The notes below the pieces were generated by a model. The model saw only the letters and a list, made by a program, of their open reading frames with translations, had not been told where the DNA came from and searched no databases. Below, in pieces: positions 13,201 through 24,118 of a stretch of 63,008 bases of DNA (position 1 is its first letter; every line of letters starts with the position of its first letter). Origin of the DNA: Ancylonema sp. (taxonomy: Eukaryota). The stretch covers positions 1 through 63,008 of the forward strand of contig JBFLGF010000206.1 in NCBI GenBank assembly GCA_050230475.1, written 5' to 3'. Both the position numbers and the translations under genes were made by a program.

Positions 13201-13711
13201 GCTGCGGGGATCCAGACTCGCGTACTGCGGGGTAGTTCACCCAATCTTTGGACCTATGGGCTCTTTGAAACTCCTGTATAAAGGACTGGGCGCGGGAGCC
13301 CCTAAAGATAACGTTTATTACGGCAGTACGCGAGCCATTCGGAGGGGAACGGGGAGTGACAACGCCCTCAGAATTTGTTAGGACTGTGAGACTGAGCCTA
13401 GGTGAGGCCCGTGGCTTCAAGAAAGTCCTTTGAACGGTGGTCACAGAAGCTGCAGCTGCGAGGGGGAGAGCAAAAGCGTGCATCTTCTCCTGGCCGACAT
13501 CTGTAGTGGGGATCCAGATGAACCGATAGTTTGTGACGAACGCCTCGCCGGATATCTCGCTGGACTCTTCTACCAAGTTGCCACTTTCGTCATGGAGCTC
13601 TAGGCTAACACTCTCGTCCATGTGGCGTTCAACTTCATTGTGTTCAAATACTGGCCTGCCAGATTCTGAAAGCTCAGCCCGCACCAACAGCGTTCTGTAA
13701 CGATCACCCAT
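10236..13711 (-). CDS. VPS36: ESCRT-II subunit VPS36 (GLUE + EAP30/Vps36 domains), 7 exons
   Basis: Exons ~13711-13067, 12840-12652, 12286-12193, 11835-11778, 11395-11326, 10877-10745, 10393-10236. Peptides match plant VPS36: TLQEAFSDLRALM, GIASPVTR..AGAFYHQQLARQLADF, GGMMALVDVYCLFNRARG.ELISPEDL, LRKFESGV, AKEELLAAESKGVLCRDDSVDGLRFY. Confidence 0.93.
10995..11030. repeat. (AGAAG)n microsatellite in a VPS36 intron
   Basis: Direct reading of the sequence. Confidence 0.85.
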
Positions 13712-14614
13712 GGCTTTATGATGGATGAATACGATAGCTTCAACGCTGTTTGACTCCTACTGTAATATGTGAGATCGCAATCACACATATGGTGGCTTTC
13801 TTAATTTCTGCACCTTTTACCACCAGAGGTCCCCCGAAATGCTGAAATCTCATTTCACAAGATCGTCATGATTGTAATCCGGAAGATAGGGAACGTCCTG
13901 AATGTGTGATTTATAATATTTGTTCCCTTTAAGAGCGTAAAGCCGACGTCTCGCACAACCACCACCAAACCCCTGCCCTCCGTTCTGCGCTATCTGGATA
14001 GTTGTACCTCCAACCTGTTCGTGCAATCCCGCTGAGTTCAAAGACTTGTATTTACTTTACTCCGCGAAATGGAAGGATAAATGGTGGCCCACTGGTGGTA
14101 CTTTACCCACAGAAACAGCCATCTCCTACCCCTGATCCTCCCGAAACTTCACTGCAGGGAGTCCCAGGAGGAAGGGTCTTGAGATCGTTCTCAACGAAAA
14201 ATCGCTATAATTATCCAGCACGTTAACCCAAAATGTGCAGTTAGACCTGTCTAAATCAATAATTTAGTAATAAATATGTTTGTTTGTTTGTTTGTTTTTT
14301 TTTTTTTGGATCTGACGTTTTATTTTATAACCTTCAGCAATTTCTTCTCCTTCTGATTCAGGTCGACAGCCATGGCATGTGTAAAACTTCCCGGGAATAA
14401 TGGAAGGGTGTTTCGATTTACTAGGTGACCGACTAGGTGCTTGCTGTTCAGTTTCTCCCCGACGTTCTTTAGAAATGTATGAAATATGTGTACAATTCAC
14501 CGGATTGAAATTCTGAAGCCTTTCATGAAATACGCCGCAGAGCGTACGGATAATCCGTTCACAGCTTGCAGTTTGTGACGCGGACCAAATCTTCTTTTTT
14601 AAGAGGTCGTAGAT

Positions 14615-17600
14615 ATGCCGCGCTGTTTTTACGAAGTTCTGCAGGTCGACCGGTCAGCATCTGCCGAGGACATAAAGACTTCTTATCGCAAACTTGCTCT
14701 GAAGTTGCATCCAGACAAAAATCAGGACCGGGTAGAAGAAGCCACGTCAGAGTTCAAGGAAGTCCAGAATGCGTATGAGGTCCTGAGCGATAAAAACGAG
14801 CGGGCCTGGTATGACGGGCACCGGGAATCCATCATAAACAGCGACAGTCATAATGCAGGGGCCAGGGATGATTCTAAACCCGAACGACCTGACGATACCA
14901 ATCTTTGGGCCTACTTCTCTGCTTCTGCCTTCTTTGGGTACGGTCGAGGACCGAAAAGTTTCTATTCGGTATACGGCAATGTCTTCCGGAAGCTTCATGA
15001 GCAGGAGGAGAAAGCAGCACACAAGGATGGAAAGCAGGCGTATTCAGCCCCTGACATTGGCCATGCTGAGACTCCATACGCACAGGTCGCGGCCTTCTAT
15101 AATCACTGGACCAATTTCGTGACGAGCACAGATTTTGCCTGGTGCGACGATTTTAATCTTGGAGATGCCCCAAACAGAAAGGTAGGGGGGGGGTGTATGG
15201 GTACATACTCATATAGTGGACTGCCAAGATTGTATTAATGCATGACTTGAGGGATGATCGCTTGCGAAGTTCGATTCAAACCTCACTGGATTGGACCATT
15301 TAATACGATTATGTATACTGTTTGGATGCACACTCATCTCATTCTTTATTCTTTATGCGATCAGGTGAGGCGACTGATGGAAGAGGAGAACAAGAAGGTT
15401 CGGAGGAAGGAGAGGAAAGAATTCAACGATGCAGTGCGTCAGTTGGCCCTGTTTGTGAAGAAGCGCGACAAGCGAGTGCTTGAGCACCAGGTCGAGGTGC
15501 AAAGGATGGAGAAGGAGAGGGAGGAGGAGCAGAGGAGGAGGAAACAGGCAGCTCAGGAGGAGAAGGCTCTGAGGGCAAGCCGCTATGTGGAGCCAGAGTG
15601 GGCCAGGACTGATGAAGAGGATGTGGAAGAGGAGGGGGATGGCGGTGGTGTGGACGACTGGTGGGACGGGAACACGGAGAAAGGAAAGGTGGAGGAGGAG
15701 GGAAAGCAGGAGCTGTTCTGTGTGGCGTGTAACAAAAGGTTCAGGTCGGAGAAGCAGTGGGAGAACCACGAGAAGAGCAAGAAGCACTTGGAGAGGATCT
15801 GCGAGCTCAGGGATGCGATGCTGGAGGAAGAAGGAGAGTTGTCCGATGTCGTTGACGACGATGAGGAGGCAGGTGTGCCAGCAGGGGGGGCACAGAAGAG
15901 GAGGAGCAGCAAGGGAGGGTCTGAGGAGGAGGAGGAGGAAGCAGACGATGAATGGAAGTCCGCAGGGGAACAGAGTGTGGAGGGTGGGGTTGGGAGTGAT
16001 GGGGAGGAGGAAGATGGATGGGATGCCACGGGGAATGGTTCAAAAAGTGGGGGGGGGGGCATGAAAGAAGAAAGAGCAGGGAGCAAGGGTGCGGTGGAAG
16101 GAGAGGGGTTGGGAGGAGATGCGGGAAATGTTGGGGAGGAGGAAGAGAGTGGAAGCGGGAGGGAGGAGGGAGGAGCGGGGGAGGACAGCAATGATGTTGA
16201 CGTACTGCTCCTCTCTGTTTCGAAGGTGAAGAAAGGTGATGCCCAGAACGGGCAGGAGGAAAGAGGCAGAGGTACGGAGGATGGTAGGGGCAGTTTTGGA
16301 GAAGGAGGTGGGGAAGTGGAGCAGTTGCGGAGAGATACAGATGCAGATGCAGGAGAGGAATCCCGAGCCTTTGTTTTGCAGAAGCAAAAAAACGGAGGGG
16401 GTCCAGGTAGGCCTGCTGCTGAGTCTTCAGAGAAGAAGGGTCCTGTGAATAAAAGCGCGGCGAGGAGACTCGCCAAGCAGATGAAGAGGAGTGTGTTGGA
16501 AGCGACGCGGAACGATGGTCTTGTCTCTGAACTGGGAGCCACTTCTGGCAGAAGTAGTGGGGCGAAAGTGGGGCAGGTGGGAAGGCAAAAAGCAGGGGGC
16601 AGGGATGGGGTGGAGGAAGGGGAGAGTGCTGACGTGGATCGGCTTCGTGATGAAGGAGATGGAGGGGGAGGAGAGGGAGCGGCTGGGGGGGGAAGGGAGG
16701 AAAAGGAGGAGGAGAAAGGGGTGAAGGAGAAGAAGAAGAGTAGGCGTAAGAAGACCAGCGCTGTTGCGGGTGGAGAAGTGCTGGAGAAAGAGCGCGAAAT
16801 TTTGAGACAACAAGAAGAAGAAGAAGAGAGACGGAGACGTGGCGGGAGACGAGGAAAAGAAAAATCTGGCAAGGTGAGGGGCACCTTCACCTCCTTCCTT
16901 GACGTGTTTTTGTGCGTACAAATGAATTGATTCTCTCACTCTGGGTGCCCTCGAGAAAGAGTGGAGCAGAGGTACAGAGGGAAGTGGTGCCAGGGGCAAA
17001 GTGCTGCGCAGAAGATAATTTACATGCAAAATATAATTATACATTCAAAAGATAATCATACATACAAAAGCTTGAATCGATGGAATCTGTGAGTGTGTGT
17101 ACATATCAGTGCATGCTGCATGAAGGGAATCGGAATGCACGCAGCTGCCGGCGTTAATCTCGTACAAATAGTCCATAGTCATGCTGCCAACTGGTGTCAG
17201 CCGATCGGCTCAAACGAGAAGCTGAGGTGCTTCTGGACGTACAGCTCAAGAGTCTCAACCGCATCCCTTTTGTTTCGTGTGTTCCCCCCCCCCCAGGTCT
17301 CGGAGTCGGAGTTCACATGCGCCATTTGCAATGAGGAGTACGAGACACGGTAAGGAAGACTCGACTCTATATTCTCTCTCTTTACTTCCGCTTTCGAAAC
17401 CATGCCCGTCTCTCGCACAGATTTGATGACGTCAGGTGGCAGAAAGTCTTCCCGTTCTGCGCCACACGTGGTCTCCTTGAAATCTCCAAAGTGCTCATAC
17501 GCGCTTCTCAGGTGTTCTCTGCTGGGTGCTCTTCTTGTCGTCTCCATACAGTGATTGCATTTATCACTCCTGATTGTTGAAAGTTTGCGAGAGGGTGTGC

Positions 17601-17660
17601 AGAAACCAGTTGTTCAAACACATCGCTGCGACAGGGCATGCAGCCCCAAAGTCACAATGA
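14615..17660 (+). CDS. DNAJC21: DnaJ-domain co-chaperone with two C2H2 zinc fingers (DNAJC21/JJJ1 family), 4 exons
   Basis: Exons 14615-15181, 15365-16873, 17297-17349, 17603-17660. J domain with HPD and AYEVLSD..ERAWYD.HRE. Family segment [31 protein letters not shown]. Zinc fingers [23 protein letters not shown] and [23 protein letters not shown]. Confidence 0.93.
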
Positions 17661-18243
17661 CGCAACATGTGATAGGACATGCAAATGATTTTGCGATCAT
17701 TTGCAAAAATTGCGAATTTTGCTTCAATTACCAAAATTTTCATTTGTATGTGTTCACATTCGATTCCAGTCTATGACAAGGCGGTGTTTCTCATTATTAG
17801 TGGTGCGAGTCTATTTGGAGTCAGTATGAGGTAGCTTGGGAAATTTGTGTTGTTTTGCAAGTCCATGCAGAAATGGCAACAAATATATCAGTTAGATGCA
17901 ATCTATGTAGCTCTTCAAACAAAAAATGAGGAAAAAATTAAGAGAATGGCACGTGTAACACAACCACAAAAAAAAAAAAAAAAAAACGTCATTCAGATGT
18001 GCATGGCAATCCGTGTTACGCACTTGTGTGTGCAACAAGCACCAAAAATGCGACACTCTATGAGTGGCATGTGTCAACATTGTTATTTCCTCTTCTTCAT
18101 AGTTGCATAACTTTGCCGAATCGGGTTCAGAGGTCTCCATCCCGGACTATACTTGGTCCCGGGACCATCGAGGGGTACTATCGACATGTCCTGGACGCGG
18201 ACGATCAAAAAAAAAAAAAAAAAAACTTGTTGGCTGACCCCAC

Positions 18244-21200
18244 TGTGAGTGCTTTCTTCTGCTTTCCATGCAAGAATAAAGCACAATTCTCTCAGACAAC
18301 TCTTGAATCGACAGATCACGTCATTACAAACGATGACACAACAAAAGTGCAAGTTTGAAGTAGAAAAGTCTGATTACAGAATTCAGCATACAAGCTCAGA
18401 CCTAGTACAGTCAATTGTTGCCTGGGCAAAGTATCTACTGGTATCGAAACTACTTCGTCAACTGCCAATCATATCCAAGCATTCTGCCACATCAACTAGT
18501 TCTTATCGACACTTGTGCCAGATGGCCAAGCTAATCATTGAAACAAGGACATCGGACTGCAGCCGGCCTGCAGCGTGCCTGCAGCCTGCATTTGCTGAAT
18601 AACGACAAAACTAAAGCTAAATTCCCGGTATTGCTAAAATATCGATATATCGACAAAAGTTCACAGCCCCTAAAAACTAACACCCCCTCCCTGGGTACTT
18701 TTGTATTCCCCCTCCAAAAACGATAACCAAAACGATATCGATTTTATAAACACAAGTCGACAAAAAACTCACTAATACACCAACCCCACCAGGATCACAA
18801 TTCTTCTTCAACACCTTGACAGAAACTGGTTTTGTCAACATATCAGCAGCCTGGTCTTCATTCTTGACAATCTGTAGACTGATCTTTTTCTTGGACACCC
18901 TCTCTCGAATGGAATGATATTTGATGTCCATGTGTTTGGAGCGCTTGTGAAAAACAGGATTCTCAGCAAGATTCAAAGAACTCTCATTGTCTCCCAACAA
19001 TAGCACACCCCCCCCACCTCCAACTCCTCTTTTGCATCTGGCTCAAATAAATGGCCTCAGCCTCATGTCCAGCAGCACTCAATGCCAAATACTTACTTTC
19101 ACAGCTTGAGTGTGTGACTGTTTCCAGGAGACCATTTTTCCAGCTCACAGCAGCTCCTCCAAGCTCCTCCAGTAAGAAAGACGTAGCGAGTTCTCCCCTT
19201 CCTAGTGTCGACGTCGTCACCATGACTAGCATCTGAGTAACCGATGACTGGCAAATCACCTTTTTTCTTATACATCAGCCCCAAATTGACAGTTTCCTTG
19301 AGATATCGCAAAACTCTCTTCTCTCTTTACCCCCTCCCAATGCTTGTCCCCTGGCTGCTGACTGTTATCGACACACAAGGAGTTAACAGCAGCTGCCAGA
19401 TCAGGTCTTGTTCCAGAAGTGAGATACAGCAAATTGCCCATTGCAGACTTGTAGCCCACACCCTCTATTCCAGCAGATTCAGAAGCAGATTCACAGTTTG
19501 CAGAAAATTTTACACCCAGCTCAAGAGGAGCATCATCAGGATACCATTCTAGACCAGCTTCCAGATGATCTTCGTCTTCATCGCCTCCACTAGAATTGCT
19601 GACAAGTTCTGGAAGATCTGCACTCTGAGGAAGAGGGGATCTCGGAAGCTGTGGCAATGGATCTCCCACAGCATCAGGGATCTCTTCATCGACAGAATTT
19701 GGATCGCCATAGGCAGGTTGCCCACCTCCAGAAATACCCCCTCCGAAGCCAACACTACCCCCTCCTGCTCCTTGATCAGCTGCATCCAGATCTGGCCATG
19801 ACATTTTTGTTTCTCCAAGTGGCTCATGCACTCTTGCCTTCTTGCCAATTTTCTGACCCCTCCACCAGCTTTGCTTGACAGATTCATCGAAGTCTGCATG
19901 ACCAGTGCCAACGTTGTGTATTTTGTTCGTTGCAGGATCCCAGACTCGGTAGCAAGGACTGTCGGGATTCCATCCAACTAACACACCAAGCCAAGCCAGC
20001 GCACTCATTTTCCCAGCCCGACGAGGAGCTGCATCATCTTTGTTGCGAAGTATTTCCACCCAGGATTTTCGGCTGTATTCATCGACGAGCACCATGTTGT
20101 ACACTATTTCCCCTATCGATGCTGGATTGAACGGCCGTGCCAAGTCCACCGACACTCTTCCCTGGCAGACTTGTTCTCCTTCACCAACTTCTCGTCGAGG
20201 ATGAGGTTTGTCGTGTGCCTTCCCCAGCTTGCACCCTTCACCGTTTTGCAGAACTCCTGAGATGCCTCCTTCCTGTCCTCGTACAAGATGTTGTCGTGCC
20301 ACATTTTTGAGCACTCTCTCATTTGCATGCCCAAGTCTTGTGTGGAGGAGGTTGATTTCGACAGCAGCTACAACAGCTTCCCCTTCCGTAAGTTGCTGAT
20401 GTCGAACCGGTGTGCAGATTAGAGTTTTTCGACCTCTCGATGTTTCTTGCAGAGTGCAGACTTGTTGTCCAGATTTGTTGTAAACTGGAATGATGCCACC
20501 AGCTTTTCCACTGCAAGTGTAAGACCACCCTGCTTCTCTGGCTTTCTGACCGGTAAACAAATTAATGCGCATTGCAGGAATGTACAAACATTTCTTGAGT
20601 GTTACTCCTCCACACACTCCCTCAGTATTCAGCTCAATTGTTCCCCACTGCTTCACTCGCACACTTCCGACCAGATGATGCATGATGACCTCGTGTGGAA
20701 TGTCTTCGATGATTTTGAAAAGATTTTTTATGCCCACAAGAATGGTGACTGGAACCATCGTCGAAAAGGAAATCTTTCTCTGCATCATCATCATCTGCAA
20801 CATTTCCTTCACAAATTTTGGAGCGATGATAGCTTCTGCATGACCACAGCTCTTCCCTTGATCGATTTCGCCAACGAAAGCTCTTTTTCTCCCAGTGCGT
20901 ACCCTCTTTCTCTGCATTCGTGGAGCTTCGTTTTTCTTGTCGAAACATGTTAATTCCACATGACCAATGGCTCCACAATATTTGCATTCTTCGTTTTTCT
21001 TGGGTCAGTCTCTGCTGTAGTGACCTGTCTCTCCACAAGTATAGCAGGAATGTCCTCCACTTGATCCACTGCCTCCACCTGTGCCTCCACGACCACCTCT
21101 GATTCCACGATTATTTGCTGAATACCCACTGAATGTACCCCTGCCTCCACGATTGTCGATACCACCACCTCTGTCTTGGCTCCACGTAGCATAGTTTGCC

Positions 21201-22301
21201 TCTACAACTAGTGCCTCAGCATCTTTTACATCTTTTTCTTTCTTGTCGTCCAGCTCATCCATTCCCATCTGCCCCCAGATCCAGCTGATCCCAGGTGCCT
21301 CTTTCTGTCCATAGTAAAGCTTCTTCAACATGCCGTATTTTGTTCTTGACCGTATTTTGCTCTTGACATGCCAGCAAACAATGCCATCACCTTATCTTCT
21401 GCGCTGACTGGAAATTTTTGATGTACACACTCTCTGATGATCGACAGAGAAGTATTCTTGATTTCTCTGTCATCGATCTTGAAAGAGTTCAGCTTTTCTT
21501 TTGCAATCTGTCGAAGTTCTGGAGACACCTTGTCATACTCCTCTGTCAGATAGTCCCACATCGCCTTTTGATCTCGTTCAAATTGTTCATGTGATGTAGC
21601 GATGTCGTCACTGACAAATTGCATGAGTAGCATGACGGCCTTCTTTGATCTTTTGCGGAAGCATCTGACATCAAGTGTATACTGCTCCATTTCTGCTTCA
21701 TTTGTTGGCCAGTGTTCATCATCGTATCTGGACCTCAGGTGGAATAGTCTCTGTTCCTTTGCAGATCTCAAGACACTCAGCATCATCAAGAGTAGCTGAG
21801 GCCTTAGATCTCCATGTTTGAAAGGTAACTTTATCTCCATCCAGAATGCAGTACTGTGCTCTGATACCACTGTGAGTGCTTTCTTCTGCCATCGATGCAA
21901 GAATAAAGCACAATTCTCTCAGACATCGACAGATCACGTCATTACAAACGTTGACACAACAAAAGTGCAAGTTTGAAGTAGAAAGTATTGATTTCTGATT
22001 ACAGAATTTAGCAACAAGCGACCTAGTACAGTCGTTTGTTGCCTGGTCAAAGAATCTATTGGTATCGAAACTACTTCGTCAACTGCCAATCATATCTAAG
22101 CATTCTGCCACATCAACTAGTTCTTGTCGACACTTGTGCCAGATGGCCAAGCAATCATTGAACAAGGACATCGGCCTGCAGCCGGCCTGCAGCCTGCCTG
22201 CAGCCTGCGCATTTGCTGAATAACGACAAAACTAAAGCTAAATTCCCGGTATTGCTAAAATCGATATAACGACAAAAGTTCACAGCCCCTAAAAACTAAC
22301 A
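18244..22301 (-). mobile_element. Ty1/copia LTR retrotransposon, internally deleted copy 1
   Basis: TG..CA LTRs at 18244-18682 and 21871-22301. 5-bp TSD CCCAC (18239-18243, 22302-22306). PBS TGGTATCAGAGC (21869-21858). PPT next to 18683. Frameshifted gag (CCHC), protease, GAG-pre-integrase and RNase H remnants. Integrase core and most of RT are missing. Confidence 0.95.
21858..21869 (-). promoter_or_regulatory. Primer-binding site complementary to initiator tRNA-Met
   Basis: Minus strand reads TGGTATCAGAGC one base after the 5' LTR end, the canonical plant-type tRNA-iMet PBS. Confidence 0.9.
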
Positions 22302-22345
22302 CCCACACCATCCGGGAATATTGTGGACACATTTGCGGCAAGTAG

Positions 22346-22719
22346 CATAGATGTACACGCCCGTCAAAATATCCGTCGGGCGGCTCCCGCGGGCGGATCC
22401 GCCCGCGGGCGGAACGCGGGCGGGAATGTCCCGCCCGCGTGCGGGGATATAGATATTTTTTAGGGTTCTGGTGTTTTCAGTTTGTAAAACTACACACTGA
22501 TCGAAATAAAAAAATAGAAAGTGCTAATATCAACTACATAATCTCATCTACATGAAACATTTGTTTTTAAAGAATTTCATAAAACGGCTAGAAGCTATGC
22601 TTCTTTGAACTTGCTTTCTTGAAATCCCGAAACTCAGCGCGCCCGGGACGGGCGGCCGGGCGGCGCCCGCGGGCGGAGGCGGGCGGAAATATCCCCGCCC
22701 GCGGGCGGGTATATCTATG
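22346..22719. mobile_element. GC-rich MITE with CATAGAT terminus and 8-bp TSD
   Basis: TIRs CATAGATGTACACGCCCG / CGGGCGGGTATATCTATG. Exact TSD GCAAGTAG at 22338-22345 and 22720-22727. CCCGCGGGCGG subterminal repeats around an AT-rich core. Confidence 0.9.
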
Positions 22720-24118
22720 GCAAGTAGTGTCTAAGACAGATGCGCCTGATCCCAGAGCAACCTATCTCTTGGATTGGGGTCCGTCCTTGGAGGCCAAAAC
22801 CTCCGACCGGCAATAGAAAGATAATTTTATATTTTCCTTCGGAGTGTTGACTCAAAATCCGGAACACCTCTCAAAACTCATGGCTACTTCATGCAGAATT
22901 TCCACTTCACTAGGACGTCATCATACGTGTATGACAACAACCTTGGGATGAAAAAGAAACTCTGATGTGATTGTCATCATCTATGTCCATAAATCCAATG
23001 GAGGAGACTCTATCCTATGCCATCCTACTCTATGCCCCTCACAACGACGGGCACGACCCGTCGTTGTGAGTGGACATGGGATCAAATGTGGGTGCGATCC
23101 AAATCAAGCTCGCAAGGTTGCCCCTGTAAAACCCCCCAAAAAGAATTAACTATCAGAAATCGACTTGCAAAATCCCGATGTCCGGAATCCATACCGTATT
23201 AGAAGAGCAAATTAGCTTATGAATGATTCCTTTAAATGTGAGTGACTCCTCACGACAAAACGAGTGGGTAGGATGCCATAACTGCGACGTAGAGGGCATT
23301 GAGGCGCACCGAAGGTGCATTGTTCAAATTGAGTGGGGGGAGGGGGGGGGGAGAAACACAAACCTACGCATGATACAACATGACTGGAGGGATAAGCGTA
23401 TCCCTTTTTTCTCATACCATTGCGTGGCAGGTGCCAAAGGGCAAAATGCATCACGTTGGTACATATGAGGGCTTCCGGATATATGGCACAGTCATGGGCT
23501 CCGTGCAATTCTATCTCAATGCTAGCAAGTCATAGTATGATTCCATTCATCACACATTGCCAAAACTCAACAGTCTCATTCGCGTCCGTTGAGTGACCTT
23601 AATGGGTGGTGGTCTATATAATTTGCGAGTGATCTGAAGTGGAAGTTCGCACAACAAAGTAGGACAATCATTCGGTTAATCGACGTTTGACACAAAACTT
23701 GAGAACAACCTCTCTTGCAGTGAACATCCACATTTCGGGGTCGACATAGACAATATTTATAGATTTTTCGTGACCATGAAGTCAAGTTGTAATGCGGCAC
23801 TTTCAAGACTTCAAACAATTTGTTGTACAAAAGCACACCGAAGTGTCTCACCGCACGCCATTCTCCGCATTATTGATACACTGTAACAAAATGGTGGTAC
23901 ACGAAACCCAACGGACTTAGTTACGCAATTCGAATCCGGCTCCAGTCACACCATATCCAACAATGATTATTCAACATTGTCAACTGCCAAAGAGCAACCA
24001 TGAGAGCCCCAAATGGTTATCCTTCTGACCTCTTTAAATACCTAAACCAAGGAAAACTACCTATTTGAGGTGAGATTTCCATGTTCCTAACCGCCGTGTC
24101 ACAAAAAAACGAAACATG

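Noticed and set aside
15583..16890. 435-aa Ser/Pro-rich antisense ORF
   Set aside because: It is the shadow of the purine-rich DNAJC21 exon, which yields few stops on the opposite strand.
19528..20020. Copia deletions as spliced-out introns
   Set aside because: The RT deletion has no GT-AG ends and sits at a direct repeat. The integrase deletion fits GT-AG only with an extra mismatch.
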